The notes: generated from the letters alone by a model not told the origin. A stretch of 64,000 bases of DNA from Nitrospinales bacterium (GCA_965223345.1 CBDCWG010000012.1:3008001-3072000); one strand, 5' to 3'. Shown: positions 47,595 to 57,983, counted from the stretch's first letter. Numbers and translations are program-made.

Positions 47595-49049
47595 TCACTC
47601 CGGTTTCCTCAGTCCCAGCTTTTTGATGCGGTGCCACAGGGTGCTGTCCTTGATGCCGAGCAGGCGCGCCGCACCGCGCGGGCCGGAAATCTTCCAGTTG
47701 GTCTGCTCCAGCGCCTTGAGGATGTTGATCTTGCTCAGTTCCTTCTGGTCCTCCTCCCGCGCCACCACTTTGCCGCCGAGGGGCCGCATCTCGTTCTGCC
47801 CCGGCAGCAGCAGCTCGTCGAGCACCCGGCTGATATCGGCGGGACGCTTGCGGCACAGGATCACCACCCGTTCCATCATGTTTTCCATTTCCCGGACGTT
47901 GCCTGGCCAGGGGTAGTCCCGCAAGCGCTGCCAGTCTTTGCGGCTCGGCCGGATGGCGGGCACCTGGTATTTTTTGCAGTAGGTTTCGAGAAAATACGCC
48001 GCCAGCCGCTCGACATCCTCGCTGCGTTCGCGCAGCGGCGGAACCAGGATGTGAAACACGTTCAACCGGTAATACAAATCCTCGCGGAACCGGCCTTCCG
48101 CAATCTCCTGCATCAGGTCGCGGTTGGAAGCGGCGAGGATGCGCACGTCGGTGTACCGGGTTTCGCTTTCGCCCACCCGCTCGAAGCGGTTCTCCTGCAG
48201 GACCCGCAGCAGCTTGCCCTGCAGGTCGATGGGGATCTCGGTGATCTCGTCGAGAAACAGCGTGCCCTTGTGCGCCAGCTGGAACCGGCCGACCCGGTCC
48301 TGCACCGCGCCGGTGAACGATCCCTTGATGTGGCCGAAAAACTCGCTTTCGAACAGGTCGTGGGGAATGGCGGGGCAGTTGACCTTGACCAGCGGCGCGT
48401 TTCTGCGCAGGCTGCTTTCGTGGATGATGCGGGCGATCAGTTCCTTGCCGGTGCCGGTCTCCCCCTGGATGAGCACCGGCGCGTCGGTGTCAGCGACCAG
48501 GGCGATCTGCTCGCGCACTTTGTCTAGGGAGGGACTGTCGCCGATCAGGTCTTTGCCGAACAGCTCGCGGATTTCGTCCTTGAGGATGCGGTTTTCCGCT
48601 TCCAGCCGCCAGCTCAGGGACACCATCGTCTCAAAATCGTTCTTTTCCGGCAGCTGATCGTGGTTGAGGGCGATCAAAACGGGCGGCTCGGTGTCCGGCA
48701 GATAATGAAACCGCAGCTGGGCGGACAGGTCGTTGCCGTCGCCGTTCTGCAAGCGGGCCTCCAGAACGGCGGCCGACTCCCCTCCATTGAGCAGCGGATC
48801 CAGCAGTCCGAGCCAGGCCTGCCGGGAAAGATCCGGCGTCAGGGCATCCAGCGTCGTGTCCCGCAGCGCTTCCGGAGTCGTTCCCAGCTTTTCTGCGGCG
48901 CCGCCGCTCACCTGCAGGATGTCCAGGCTTTCGGCGTCGAGCACAAACACATCGCTGGCGAAACGCATCAGGATCTGATCGGTGATGGGCTTGGGGTCTG
49001 TCGGCGTTCGTTTCGGAGCCATTCTGGTATTCCTTAATTGTTGTCTCAT
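47595..49049 (-). CDS. Sigma-54-dependent Fis-family activator (PAS-like input)
   Basis: GETGTGKE, ESEFFGHIKGSFTGA, LFLDEI, FREDLYYRLNV, WPGNVREMEN, HTH. Confidence 0.93.
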   Translation of the reverse strand: MRQQLRNTRMAPKRTPTDPKPITDQILMRFASDVFVLDAESLDILQVSGGAAEKLGTTPEALRDTTLDALTPDLSRQAWLGLLDPLLNGGESAAVLEARLQNGDGNDLSAQLRFHYLPDTEPPVLIALNHDQLPEKNDFETMVSLSWRLEAENRILKDEIRELFGKDLIGDSPSLDKVREQIALVADTDAPVLIQGETGTGKELIARIIHESSLRRNAPLVKVNCPAIPHDLFESEFFGHIKGSFTGAVQDRVGRFQLAHKGTLFLDEITEIPIDLQGKLLRVLQENRFERVGESETRYTDVRILAASNRDLMQEIAEGRFREDLYYRLNVFHILVPPLRERSEDVERLAAYFLETYCKKYQVPAIRPSRKDWQRLRDYPWPGNVREMENMMERVVILCRKRPADISRVLDELLLPGQNEMRPLGGKVVAREEDQKELSKINILKALEQTNWKISGPRGAARLLGIKDSTLWHRIKKLGLRKPE

Positions 49050-49233
49050 TCATGCGGCTGGCCGGGACATCGCGGTATCAACCCGCCATCGGCAACCCTT
49101 TCCTTCTATATTGCTTGCGCATCATCGTGAAAATCCAATTTTTTTTAAAATTTTAAAAATTTTGCCGTACCGGCCAACCCGGCTTTTTTTATTAACTATT
49201 TGAATTATAAATAGTTATTTATTTTATCGACTT

Positions 49234-49249
49234 TGGTACGGAACCTGCT
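49234..49249 (+). promoter_or_regulatory. Sigma-54 promoter for the response regulator
   Basis: TGGTACGGAACCTGCT (GG-N10-GC) preceded by an AT-rich tract; divergent from the activator gene. Confidence 0.6.
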
Positions 49250-49359
49250 ATTTACAGGAGCAGGAGGGCCGCAAAACGGAAGACAAAATCGACCGTTACG
49301 GCAACCACCTCTTTGAACAACCCAAATCAGCAACCCAAATCGAAAGAAAGGACTTCGCC

Positions 49360-49779
49360 ATGTCACTGATAGAAGACGTTAACAGCACCAAAGGACGCAT
49401 TCTCATTATCGACGACGAAAAAGACGTTCGCGACGTGCTCAAACTGCAACTGCAATCGGAAAAATACGACATCATCGAGGCGGAAAATGGCGAAGAGGCC
49501 ATCGAACTCATGAAGAAGGGCTCCAACCTGGTGCGGGTCGGCCTCATCATCTGCGACATTCGCATGCCCAAGGTGAACGGGGTGGAAGCCATCCAGTACC
49601 TTCGGCAGAACGCACCCTCGATTCCGATCCTTGTGGTCACCGGTTACCCGGACACCGAAATGGCGCTGTCGTTGATCAAACGCGGCGTGAAGGATTATCT
49701 GGTCAAACCGGTCAAGAAGGAAGAGCTGCTCAAGAAAGTCAAAGCGGTTCTGAGCGACCACGACTTCGATTACGCATAA
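49360..49779 (+). CDS. Single-domain response regulator
   Basis: ILIIDDE, CDIRMPKVNG, VVTG, YLVKP. Confidence 0.92.
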   Translation: MSLIEDVNSTKGRILIIDDEKDVRDVLKLQLQSEKYDIIEAENGEEAIELMKKGSNLVRVGLIICDIRMPKVNGVEAIQYLRQNAPSIPILVVTGYPDTEMALSLIKRGVKDYLVKPVKKEELLKKVKAVLSDHDFDYA

Positions 49780-49825
49780 AGCGCACGGAACGTCCGAACA
49801 GGAATGCGTTCCTCAAATGAGCTGA

Positions 49826-49867
49826 CGGCCGGGGAAGGGAAACTCCCTTCCCCGGTCGCTCGTTTTT
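49826..49867 (+). terminator. Rho-independent terminator
   Basis: CGGCCGGGGAAGGGA/TCCCTTCCCCGGTCG stem then a T-run. Confidence 0.7.
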
Positions 49868-49894
49868 ATCTCGTAAGACAACCTGCCTTTCAAA

Positions 49895-50512
49895 TCATCC
49901 ACCACCCAGAAACTCGGCAACGGCCTGCTTCGCCCCCTTTAAAATCGGCTCGCCGTCTCCCAGCAGCAGCGCGTCGTATTCGTAGTCGTTGAGCCGCTGC
50001 AATCCTTTTTTGGCGAGGACGATGTCACGGAACTTGTCTGCGGGCAGCTGGCCGAGCTTTTCCCTGCGGATCAGCGCGTCGCCCACGATCATGGCGTTGC
50101 TCTCCTTAAAATAGAAAGCGCACTCTCCGGGGGATTTCTGGTTTTTCAGGTGCACGGCCTTTAGGCCGCAGAACAGGCTGTCTCCGTCTTTGAAGGTTCC
50201 GTCGGCGTCGAACTCCAGCAGGCCCTTGTCGTTTTCGTGAATCAGGATGGGAACGGAAAACGCTTCTTTAAAGTTGCGGCTGTTGCGGTCGTGGTGCACG
50301 TTGGTCAGCAGAATGGCTTTCAGGGGATGCCCGCTGTCGCTTTCGATCATGGCCTTGAGTTCATCGAGCGCTTCGTGATCGAGTCCCGGAGGATCGACGA
50401 TCACCGATTCGCCGGCGGCGGCGATGCGGTAGCCGTTGAAGTTGAGCTGCTTTTCCAGGGAAAACTCGGACCAGCGGGTGACGTTGGGCAGAATGTCTTT
50501 GAGTGCGGACAT
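49895..50512 (-). CDS. Metallo-beta-lactamase-fold hydrolase
   Basis: IVDPP, LLTNVHHDR, SPGE, IVGDA, LLLGDG. Confidence 0.82.
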   Translation of the reverse strand: MSALKDILPNVTRWSEFSLEKQLNFNGYRIAAAGESVIVDPPGLDHEALDELKAMIESDSGHPLKAILLTNVHHDRNSRNFKEAFSVPILIHENDKGLLEFDADGTFKDGDSLFCGLKAVHLKNQKSPGECAFYFKESNAMIVGDALIRREKLGQLPADKFRDIVLAKKGLQRLNDYEYDALLLGDGEPILKGAKQAVAEFLGGG

Positions 50513-50513
50513 A

Positions 50514-51050
50514 TCAGGAATCCTCAGCGTGTATGGATACCAAAGGGTGCATCCAGAGCACGCGGTCCGGATGCACCAGAATCATATTTTCGGGATCGTG
50601 CAACGGGATAAAATACATTCTCTGGTGAATGGAGTCGGCGATGGGGGACTGGCGGCTGCTAGGAATGTGCAGAGGCGTCGGCGTCATGAAACTTTTCCGC
50701 CGGTCTGGAACGTTACTGGCAGGCACCGTTTCGGCGCTCGCATCGCCACGGGCTGTGCTTTCTTTTTTCACGAACCGGCACAAAAGCGGTGCGGATGCTT
50801 TTCTCCCCAGGCAGAACAGGTTGTGCAGGCTTTCGCTTTCGCTCAGGGAAAACACGGCGATCGCACCGGGTTTCAGTTTTTCGCTGGCGTTATTTGCATC
50901 GATGCGAACGCCGTAACAGTTTTCGTGCGGCGCGTTCGTTTCGAGGCGTGGCCAGTCCTTCGCTGCAAACCATTGCGCATCGTACGGGCGATCGGCTGCA
51001 AACACTTCCGATGCGAGCGAGACGAGCGGGATGAATCGTTTATGGTTCAT
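50514..51050 (-). CDS. Hypothetical protein
   Basis: 178 aa, ends 2 nt before the MBL start; faint S24-like segment YGVRID...LKPGAIAVF. Confidence 0.6.
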   Translation of the reverse strand: MNHKRFIPLVSLASEVFAADRPYDAQWFAAKDWPRLETNAPHENCYGVRIDANNASEKLKPGAIAVFSLSESESLHNLFCLGRKASAPLLCRFVKKESTARGDASAETVPASNVPDRRKSFMTPTPLHIPSSRQSPIADSIHQRMYFIPLHDPENMILVHPDRVLWMHPLVSIHAEDS

Positions 51051-51228
51051 GCACAGACCTGTTATAAGATAAAAACGGGTTTCTCACCGCCTGCGTACGG
51101 CCTGCAAAGGCCATTGAGAACGTGAGATAGGGCATGCATCATTTTACACCGTTGCCCTGTTTTTAATGAGAAAATACTTTTTCGGCCTGCGTGCGCCTTT
51201 TTAAGGATTGTGAGGAGAAAGCAACCGT

Positions 51229-52527
51229 ATGACCGCGACCGCCCTGCGTGAGGCGCTGGACTTCCTGTACGGACTGGTTCCCAGCGGCATCAAACTCGGA
51301 CTGGAAAACACCCGGAACCTGCTGCGTCACTTCGGCGATCCGCACCTGAAGGCCAGAACGATTCACATCGCCGGCACCAACGGCAAAGGGTCCACCGCGG
51401 CGTTCACCGAATCGCTTCTGCGGGCCACCGGAAAGCGGACCGGGCTGTACACCTCCCCCCACCTGCTGCATTTCAACGAACGCATCCGCGTGAACGGCGT
51501 TCCCATTTCCGAATCCGATCTGGTGGAAGGGATCGCGCGCATCCGTGATGCGGTGGAAACGCACAAACTGCCGGTGACCTTTTTCGAGTGTGGCACGGTG
51601 CTGGCGTTTCTGCATTTTCTCGCGAACGAAACCGAATGGAACGTACTGGAAGTGGGGATGGGCGGCCGTCTCGACGCCACCAATCTGTGCGCCTCCGACG
51701 TTGCGATCATCACTTCGATCGGCCGCGACCACACGCAGCATCTCGGCGAAGACCTAAAACAGATCGCTTACGAAAAGGCCGGCATCATCAAACCGAACAG
51801 CACGGTGTTCGCGCACGTCGAGAACGAAGCGGCCTTCGGCGTGATCCGGGATGTCGCGCATGAACGGCGTGCGGCGCTCAAGCGCTTCGGCGAGGATTTC
51901 CACGCCCGCGCCCGTTCACCCGTCTCAAACACGCCCTCGTTCGACTTTTCATATGGAGAGTTTCACTATAAGGATTTGACGGTCCCGCTTTTGGGCGCAC
52001 ATCAGGTGAGCAACGCCTCGCTGGCGCTGGCCGCCTGTCTGCATGTCCTCGGCACAAACGGTGGGTTGAATGAAGAAACTCTCCGCCGCGGTCTGGCATC
52101 GACGCAATGGCAGGGGCGCATGGAAATTGTGCGCGAAAACCCGACGGTCCTGCTCGATTGCGCGCACAATCCGGACGGCGCCCGCAAACTGGTCGCAACG
52201 CTGCGCAACGGATTCCGCTATTCACGCTGTCTGCTGGTGCTCGGGCTGATGCGCGACAAGCCCCATGCGGAGATGCTCGATATTCTGTCGCCGATCGCGG
52301 ATCATTTGATCCTGGTGCGGCCTTCGCAGGAGCGAAGCGCCGATCCTAAAGACATCCGAAACCTTCTGAAAAACTGGCAAAAACCCATTGATATTGAAGA
52401 ACAAATTCCCTATGCTTTGGAAATTGCCCGGAAAATCGCAATGCCGAACGATCTCATTTGCGTGACGGGTTCCATCTTCACTGTATCGGAAGCCAAAACG
52501 TTCTTTGCCGATGAAGCGTCTCTTTAA
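51229..52527 (+). CDS. folC: Folylpolyglutamate synthase/dihydrofolate synthase
   Basis: HIAGTNGKGS, YTSPHL, EVGMGGRLDATN, DCAHNPDG. Confidence 0.96.
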   Translation: MTATALREALDFLYGLVPSGIKLGLENTRNLLRHFGDPHLKARTIHIAGTNGKGSTAAFTESLLRATGKRTGLYTSPHLLHFNERIRVNGVPISESDLVEGIARIRDAVETHKLPVTFFECGTVLAFLHFLANETEWNVLEVGMGGRLDATNLCASDVAIITSIGRDHTQHLGEDLKQIAYEKAGIIKPNSTVFAHVENEAAFGVIRDVAHERRAALKRFGEDFHARARSPVSNTPSFDFSYGEFHYKDLTVPLLGAHQVSNASLALAACLHVLGTNGGLNEETLRRGLASTQWQGRMEIVRENPTVLLDCAHNPDGARKLVATLRNGFRYSRCLLVLGLMRDKPHAEMLDILSPIADHLILVRPSQERSADPKDIRNLLKNWQKPIDIEEQIPYALEIARKIAMPNDLICVTGSIFTVSEAKTFFADEASL

Positions 52528-54736
52528 CCTCGCAATCGTCCTGCTGGGCCTTTTAGCCTTTGCGGTCCCGGTCTTTTGTCAGGAACGTCCCTCTCCCCCT
52601 CCCCCTCCTTCAAACCAGCAACCCGTCGATGTCACCGCGGAGCACGTGGTGCAGGATGGCGAGAAGGACATCGTGCGCGCCTGGGGCAATGTGGTGGTGC
52701 GGTTCGGCGACCGGACCCTGCGCGCCGACAAAGTGCAGATCGACAACAAATCCGGAATGGGCGAGGCAGTCGGCAACGTGGTGGTGACGCAGAGCGACGG
52801 CACCGAAGTCCATTCCGAGCGCAGCCGGTTCAACACCAAAAGCCACAAAGGCAAGGCCTATGGCGTGAACGGAAGGATCGCGCAGATCTACCGTGTCAAA
52901 GGCAAAGAAGCGATGCGGATGTCCCCGACACACTACAAGTTCAAGGATTCTTCTTTGACCACCTGTTCGGGCAAGCTGCCGAAGTGGTCTTTCAGCAGCA
53001 GCAAGCTGGATCTCGTTGTGGGTGACCGGGCGCTGTTTACAGGCGGGGTGTTCCGGGTGCTGGATTTTCCTATCATGTACCTGCCCATCGGTTATCTGCC
53101 GATCAACCGCGAACGCAAGAGCGGCTTTCTCATCCCCAAGTTCGGGCTCAGCAACACCGACGGGTTCACCTTCAAACCGATCTACTTCTGGGCGATCAAC
53201 CGCTGGTCGGACGCCACGGTCGCGGTGGAGTACCTGGAAAAACGCGGGGTGCGGCCCGAGCTGGAATACCGCTACATCCCGAGCCGCCACACGTACGGCG
53301 AGTTCAACGGCACCTTTCTGGACGACCGGATCACAGGCGGGCAGTTCTGGAAAATCGACTGGAAGCACGAACAAAGGCGGCTGCCACTGGGTTTCAAATT
53401 CAAGGGCAAGCTGGATCTGGAAAGCGATTCGAGTTTCAACAAAACCTTTGAAGACAACACGGACCTGCGCACCCGGCGCAATTCGGACTCGTTCGCTTCG
53501 CTCAACCGCAGCTGGAGCAACAGCACGCTCGATGTACTGACGCGCTACCGCGACAGCACGCAGGACGACCGCGACGATCTGTTCGCGCAACTGCCTCAGG
53601 TGACGTTCAAAACCCAGCGCCGGCCGGTCGGCGGCAGCAATTTTTATTTCAGCCAGGACGCAACGTTCACCTCGTTTTTGATCGACCTCAACACCAGCCC
53701 GATCAACGACGACAATTTTTCCGTGCAGCGGTTCGATTTTCATCCGCAGGTTTCCCGCCCCATCTCAATCGCGCCCTGGCTTTCCCTGACCCCCACGATC
53801 GGCTGGCGGGAAACGATCTACAGCAAGGGCCTCAGAACCGGCAACGAACGCACCTCGAGCTTCACCCGGGAACTGTTCGATGTCGCCGCCGCCCTGGAAG
53901 GGCCCAAAATCAACAAGGTGTATGAGAATGGCAGCTCATCCCGCACCAAGATCAAGCATGTGATCGAACCGCGGCTGGTGTACAGCTACATTCCGGCCAT
54001 CGACCTGGACGACCGCCGCAAGATCCGCAATATCGATACCATCGACGACATCGACTCGCAAAGCCGTTTCACCTATTCGTTGACCCAGCGGCTTTTGCGG
54101 AAAGACATCTTCAGCGAGGATGAATTCGGGATCCGGGAAATCATGCGGTTTGAAATCAGCCACAGTTATGATATTGGTGAAGCCACGCGGGACCCGCGGC
54201 CAGGAACCGAACTCAAGCCATTCTCGGACATCCGTGTAGATTTCGACAGCCATGTGTTCGAACCGCTTCTGCTCAATTTCGACAGCACGTTCGACGTGGA
54301 GGACGGGACGTTCAACACGTTCAACTTCGAGTTCGGCATCAAGCCCTGGCACAACGTCACGTTTTTCGTGGAGCGGCGGTTTTCCCGCAACACCGTGCAG
54401 CGCCTGATCAGCAACAACGTGCTGAATGAGGTCAACACCGACCGGACCCAGTTTCTCACCGGTTCTCTGTACTGGGCTTTCGCGAAAGGCTGGCAAGCGC
54501 AGGCGACCACGCGTTACGACGAGTTGCGCAAGACGTTCCGCGAGAACGATTTCAGCATTTCCTATGACGACCTGTGCGATTGCTGGGGGTTTTCGTTCGA
54601 TCTGATCCAGCGCAATATCATTTCCGGCGGCGTGGACCAGAACGAGACCAAATTTCTGCTGACCTTCACACTGCGGGGAATCGGCACGGAACGGTTCGGC
54701 GAGCGGGGCATCCAGCACATTCACCGCCGGTTTTAA
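52511..54736 (+). CDS. lptD: LPS-assembly protein LptD
   Basis: Signal peptide, OstA-like N-terminal domain, TTC, ERKSGFLIP, beta-barrel, CDCWG. Confidence 0.9.
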   Translation: MKRLFNLAIVLLGLLAFAVPVFCQERPSPPPPPSNQQPVDVTAEHVVQDGEKDIVRAWGNVVVRFGDRTLRADKVQIDNKSGMGEAVGNVVVTQSDGTEVHSERSRFNTKSHKGKAYGVNGRIAQIYRVKGKEAMRMSPTHYKFKDSSLTTCSGKLPKWSFSSSKLDLVVGDRALFTGGVFRVLDFPIMYLPIGYLPINRERKSGFLIPKFGLSNTDGFTFKPIYFWAINRWSDATVAVEYLEKRGVRPELEYRYIPSRHTYGEFNGTFLDDRITGGQFWKIDWKHEQRRLPLGFKFKGKLDLESDSSFNKTFEDNTDLRTRRNSDSFASLNRSWSNSTLDVLTRYRDSTQDDRDDLFAQLPQVTFKTQRRPVGGSNFYFSQDATFTSFLIDLNTSPINDDNFSVQRFDFHPQVSRPISIAPWLSLTPTIGWRETIYSKGLRTGNERTSSFTRELFDVAAALEGPKINKVYENGSSSRTKIKHVIEPRLVYSYIPAIDLDDRRKIRNIDTIDDIDSQSRFTYSLTQRLLRKDIFSEDEFGIREIMRFEISHSYDIGEATRDPRPGTELKPFSDIRVDFDSHVFEPLLLNFDSTFDVEDGTFNTFNFEFGIKPWHNVTFFVERRFSRNTVQRLISNNVLNEVNTDRTQFLTGSLYWAFAKGWQAQATTRYDELRKTFRENDFSISYDDLCDCWGFSFDLIQRNIISGGVDQNETKFLLTFTLRGIGTERFGERGIQHIHRRF

Positions 54737-54746
54737 CTTTCATTCG

Positions 54747-55415
54747 ATGAGGACCCTTGTGACGCTCAACCGCGAACTCGCCCGCATCGCCGTCGATATC
54801 GGGGCCATCAAGATCAACACGGACGATCCGTTCACCTGGGCGTCGGGATACCGGATGCCGGTGTACAACGACAACCGCCTGCTGCTGGGGAATGCGGATC
54901 ACCGGGCCAGTGTGGTGGAAGGATTCGCAGCGATCCTCAAGGAAAACTCCCTGCCTGTGGACGTGGTTGCGGGCACGGCGACCGCAGGCATCGCCCCGGC
55001 CACCGGACTCGCCAACCGGTTGCGAACCCCCTTGATCTATATCCGGCCCTCGGCGAAAGAGCACGGCATGAAAAACCGCATCGAGGGCATTCTCGAACCG
55101 GATCAGCAGGTGGTGCTGGTGGAGGATCTGGTCTCCACCGGTGGCAGCGCCCTGCAGGCGGTCGAGGCCATCCGGCAGGCCGGCGGGCGGGTGTCTTTGT
55201 GCCTGGCCATTTTCGATTACGGTTTCGCCGCAGCGAAAGACGGGTTTGCGAAAGCGCAATGCGAACTGCGGTCGTTGCTGAGCTTCGAGGATATCCTCTA
55301 TCACATGGAAAATGCAGGCGTTGTGACGCCGGACGCGCTGGAAAACCTGCGTCAGTGGTACCGGTCCCCCTTCAACTGGGGTGAAACGCGCGGATTTCCG
55401 CGCAAAACGGCCTGA
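54747..55415 (+). CDS. pyrE: Orotate phosphoribosyltransferase
   Basis: FTWASG..PVYNDNR, GTATAGI, VVLVEDLVSTGGS. Confidence 0.95.
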   Translation: MRTLVTLNRELARIAVDIGAIKINTDDPFTWASGYRMPVYNDNRLLLGNADHRASVVEGFAAILKENSLPVDVVAGTATAGIAPATGLANRLRTPLIYIRPSAKEHGMKNRIEGILEPDQQVVLVEDLVSTGGSALQAVEAIRQAGGRVSLCLAIFDYGFAAAKDGFAKAQCELRSLLSFEDILYHMENAGVVTPDALENLRQWYRSPFNWGETRGFPRKTA

Positions 55416-55481
55416 CCCGTCTCCTCCGGATTTCCCGAACCGGCAATTTCGCCGTCGCCCTTCAAAAATCAGCAATTCGGA

Positions 55482-55510
55482 TTGACTCTTCAGGTGTTTG
55501 ATATTATTAT
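55482..55510 (+). promoter_or_regulatory. Sigma-70 promoter of porD
   Basis: TTGACT-N17-TATTAT. Confidence 0.7.
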
Positions 55511-55634
55511 GTGCGATTCTTGAATGTCAATTATCCAACCATTCGCCACCCGGGCTTGGCAACTCAGGAAAACCACCCGGTTTCGGGCGATAGATATTAA
55601 GAATCCGTTTTGACTGAATGGAGGTTTTATCAGG

Positions 55635-56354
55635 ATGGGCAAATTACAGGTGGGTCCTATCGGCTTGCTTCCCCCTTCGGCGGCTATGCAAGGAATTTTT
55701 CAACCCGAAAAAGGGTCCGGTTACGAACTGGTTGAGGGTGAGCACGTTCCGACGGAAGAGGCCATCAAAAAGGCGGCCCGGGAAATTCTGACCCGGCGCA
55801 ACCCCACTCTGTTTCCGGGGCCGATGATCGTCTGGGGATGGAACAAGGAAACCATCCACAAGGCGGAAGTGGCGAGGAAGCTGGTGGACGAGGTACCGGG
55901 CATGAACATCATTCCGATGCCGGATTACCGCCCGATTTATCCCAAAATCGACCCGGAAGCGGTGATCAACCCCTGTCATCCCAATCTGACGATCCAGCAT
56001 AACAAGATCGAAACCTGCATCTTGATCGGGGTGCATTGCCACTTCGCCAATATCACCCTGAAAATGATCCGCGCCAACACCAACTGTTACACGATGGCCT
56101 TCTGCGCCTACGATGGGCACGAAGACGCCCTGATCTCCATTCGCGATCTCGACACGGCCAAGCTGGAAATGACCATTCAGGCGATCAAGGACGCGAAGAA
56201 AGAAGGCGTGGAACCCTGGGCGTACACGAAAGAAGGCAAGGAAGAACTCGAGGAGATCCAGGAACGCAAAGCAAAACAGGCCGAGCTGACCAAGGACAAC
56301 GTGGATCTGTTCATGGCCGACCTCGAGCAGGGCCTGGACGAAAACGCGGAATAA
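55635..56354 (+). CDS. porD: Delta subunit of five-subunit 2-oxoacid:ferredoxin oxidoreductase (PorD/ForD type)
   Basis: PTLFPGP, IIPMPDYRPIYPKIDPE, HPNLTI.HNKI, GVHCH and GHEDA motifs of the Hydrogenobacter/Nitrospira-type delta subunit. Confidence 0.82.
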   Translation: MGKLQVGPIGLLPPSAAMQGIFQPEKGSGYELVEGEHVPTEEAIKKAAREILTRRNPTLFPGPMIVWGWNKETIHKAEVARKLVDEVPGMNIIPMPDYRPIYPKIDPEAVINPCHPNLTIQHNKIETCILIGVHCHFANITLKMIRANTNCYTMAFCAYDGHEDALISIRDLDTAKLEMTIQAIKDAKKEGVEPWAYTKEGKEELEEIQERKAKQAELTKDNVDLFMADLEQGLDENAE

Positions 56355-56409
56355 CACTTTAGTTTCGAATATTTAGCCGCTCTTCCCTAAGTGACTGCGT
56401 CGATCTTTT

Positions 56410-56447
56410 AAAAGGGACGCTCCGTTTTCCGGAGCGTCCCTTTTTTT
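56410..56447 (+). terminator. Rho-independent terminator
   Basis: AAAAGGGACGCTCCG-TTTTC-CGGAGCGTCCCTTTTTTT. Confidence 0.9.
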
Positions 56448-56691
56448 GTCCCCTCCCCCCAAACCCTTATAAAACCGGCGTCTGATCGACCACGCCGCGT
56501 CCGGCACACGCCATTTTCCGCGCCCTTGATTTTTACATTGAATATAAATGATATATGGATTAGTCTGTATATATCATTGAAAACAATACGCGTATCTGAC
56601 CCGCGGGCAGCACAGCCGCCCCAGGGTGTGGAACCCTTTTCAACCCAAGGACGGAAATCCGTCCCACACGTAATTATTCCAGGAGGTTTTT

Positions 56692-57063
56692 GTGCGTGCT
56701 CTGGTGATTGACGATTCAAAAGCCATCCGGCTCATCCTCGGGAAAATCCTGCAGGATATCGGCTTCGAAGTGACTGGAGCGGCCAACGGGCTTGAAGGTC
56801 TCAAGGAGTTGAAAGCCGCCGACAAGATGGATCTGGCGCTGGTCGATTGGAACATGCCTGAGATGAATGGCTACGAATTCATCCAGGAGGTCCGCAAAGA
56901 CCAGTCGTATAACGATCTGCCTCTCATGATGGTGACGACGGAAACGGAGATGTCCCAGGTGGTGAAAGCGCTGGAAGCCGGCGCGAACGAATACGTGATG
57001 AAGCCGTTCACCAAGGAAATGATCCTTGAAAAGCTTTCCATGATCGGCATCGCGATTTCGTGA
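56692..57063 (+). CDS. cheY: Chemotaxis response regulator
   Basis: ALVIDDS, VDWNMPEMNG, MVTTE, YVMKPF; RBS AGGAGG. Confidence 0.92.
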   Translation: MRALVIDDSKAIRLILGKILQDIGFEVTGAANGLEGLKELKAADKMDLALVDWNMPEMNGYEFIQEVRKDQSYNDLPLMMVTTETEMSQVVKALEAGANEYVMKPFTKEMILEKLSMIGIAIS

Positions 57064-57123
57064 CCCTCGCTCGCAACGCGTGCTTCATTTCCTGCGCGCT
57101 GCGGACGGCCGCAGCTTTGCAGG

Positions 57124-57960
57124 ATGTCTGACCGGGATGGCGGCGAAACGCTCATCCGCGAAACAAAAAAACCACTGGGAATGCCGGTGAACATGCTGAC
57201 CTTCAAAACGGAAAACGAATTCACAGCCAATACGCTCAAAGCGTTCACGGCCGGGGCTCAGGATTGCCTGACGAATCTGGAATCCCTTTTCTCCCCATCG
57301 AAGTCCGCAGCGGCGGACACGGCCGACAGTGAGAACGCACCGGCTTCGCACCGGGTGGACATCCTGGTCATCGCCGTCCCCAGCGGCGGCTCCGACGCCT
57401 TGTTCGAAATTCTGCCCCGGCTGGAACCCGATTTTCCGGTTCCCGTTCTGATCGTTCAACACCTGCCGCAGGAGTTCACCTCTCTTCTGGCGGCGCGGTT
57501 GAACGCGCAGTGCCGGATTGCCGTCACCGAAGCCCGATCGGGCGATACGCTGCATGCGGGCAAAGCCTGGCTGGCTCCCGGAGGCAGGCACTTGAGCCTG
57601 TGTTCGGACGGAGGACACATTCGCCTGGTCACGACATGGGATCCCCCGGAACATTCCTGCCGTCCGGCATCGGATGTTTTGTTCCGCTCGGCGGCAAAAT
57701 TTTACGGACGCCACACGCTGGCTCTGGTCCTCTCGGGAATGGGGCAGGACGGGATCGCCGGTTGCCATGAAATCCGCAACGCCGGTGGATCGATTCTGGT
57801 TCAGGTTGAATCGGCCGCAGCGGCTTCGGGATTCTCCGTAACCCCGGTTTCACCGCAACCGGAAGATCAGGGCGTGCCCCTGAACGCCATTGCCAATGTA
57901 ATCACACAGAGGGTCCGGGAAAAACGCAGCAACGCCCGATCCCCGATAACAGCCTCTTAG
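57124..57960 (+). CDS. cheB: Degenerate CheB methylesterase (truncated receiver, catalytic Ser lost); possible pseudogene
   Basis: VQHLP, APGGRHL, RPASDVLF and LSGMGQDG retained; GxSTGG is IAVPSGG; only the C-terminal half of the receiver domain remains. Confidence 0.75.
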   Translation: MSDRDGGETLIRETKKPLGMPVNMLTFKTENEFTANTLKAFTAGAQDCLTNLESLFSPSKSAAADTADSENAPASHRVDILVIAVPSGGSDALFEILPRLEPDFPVPVLIVQHLPQEFTSLLAARLNAQCRIAVTEARSGDTLHAGKAWLAPGGRHLSLCSDGGHIRLVTTWDPPEHSCRPASDVLFRSAAKFYGRHTLALVLSGMGQDGIAGCHEIRNAGGSILVQVESAAAASGFSVTPVSPQPEDQGVPLNAIANVITQRVREKRSNARSPITAS

Positions 57961-57983
57961 AACCGCTGAAGAAAAGAGACACC

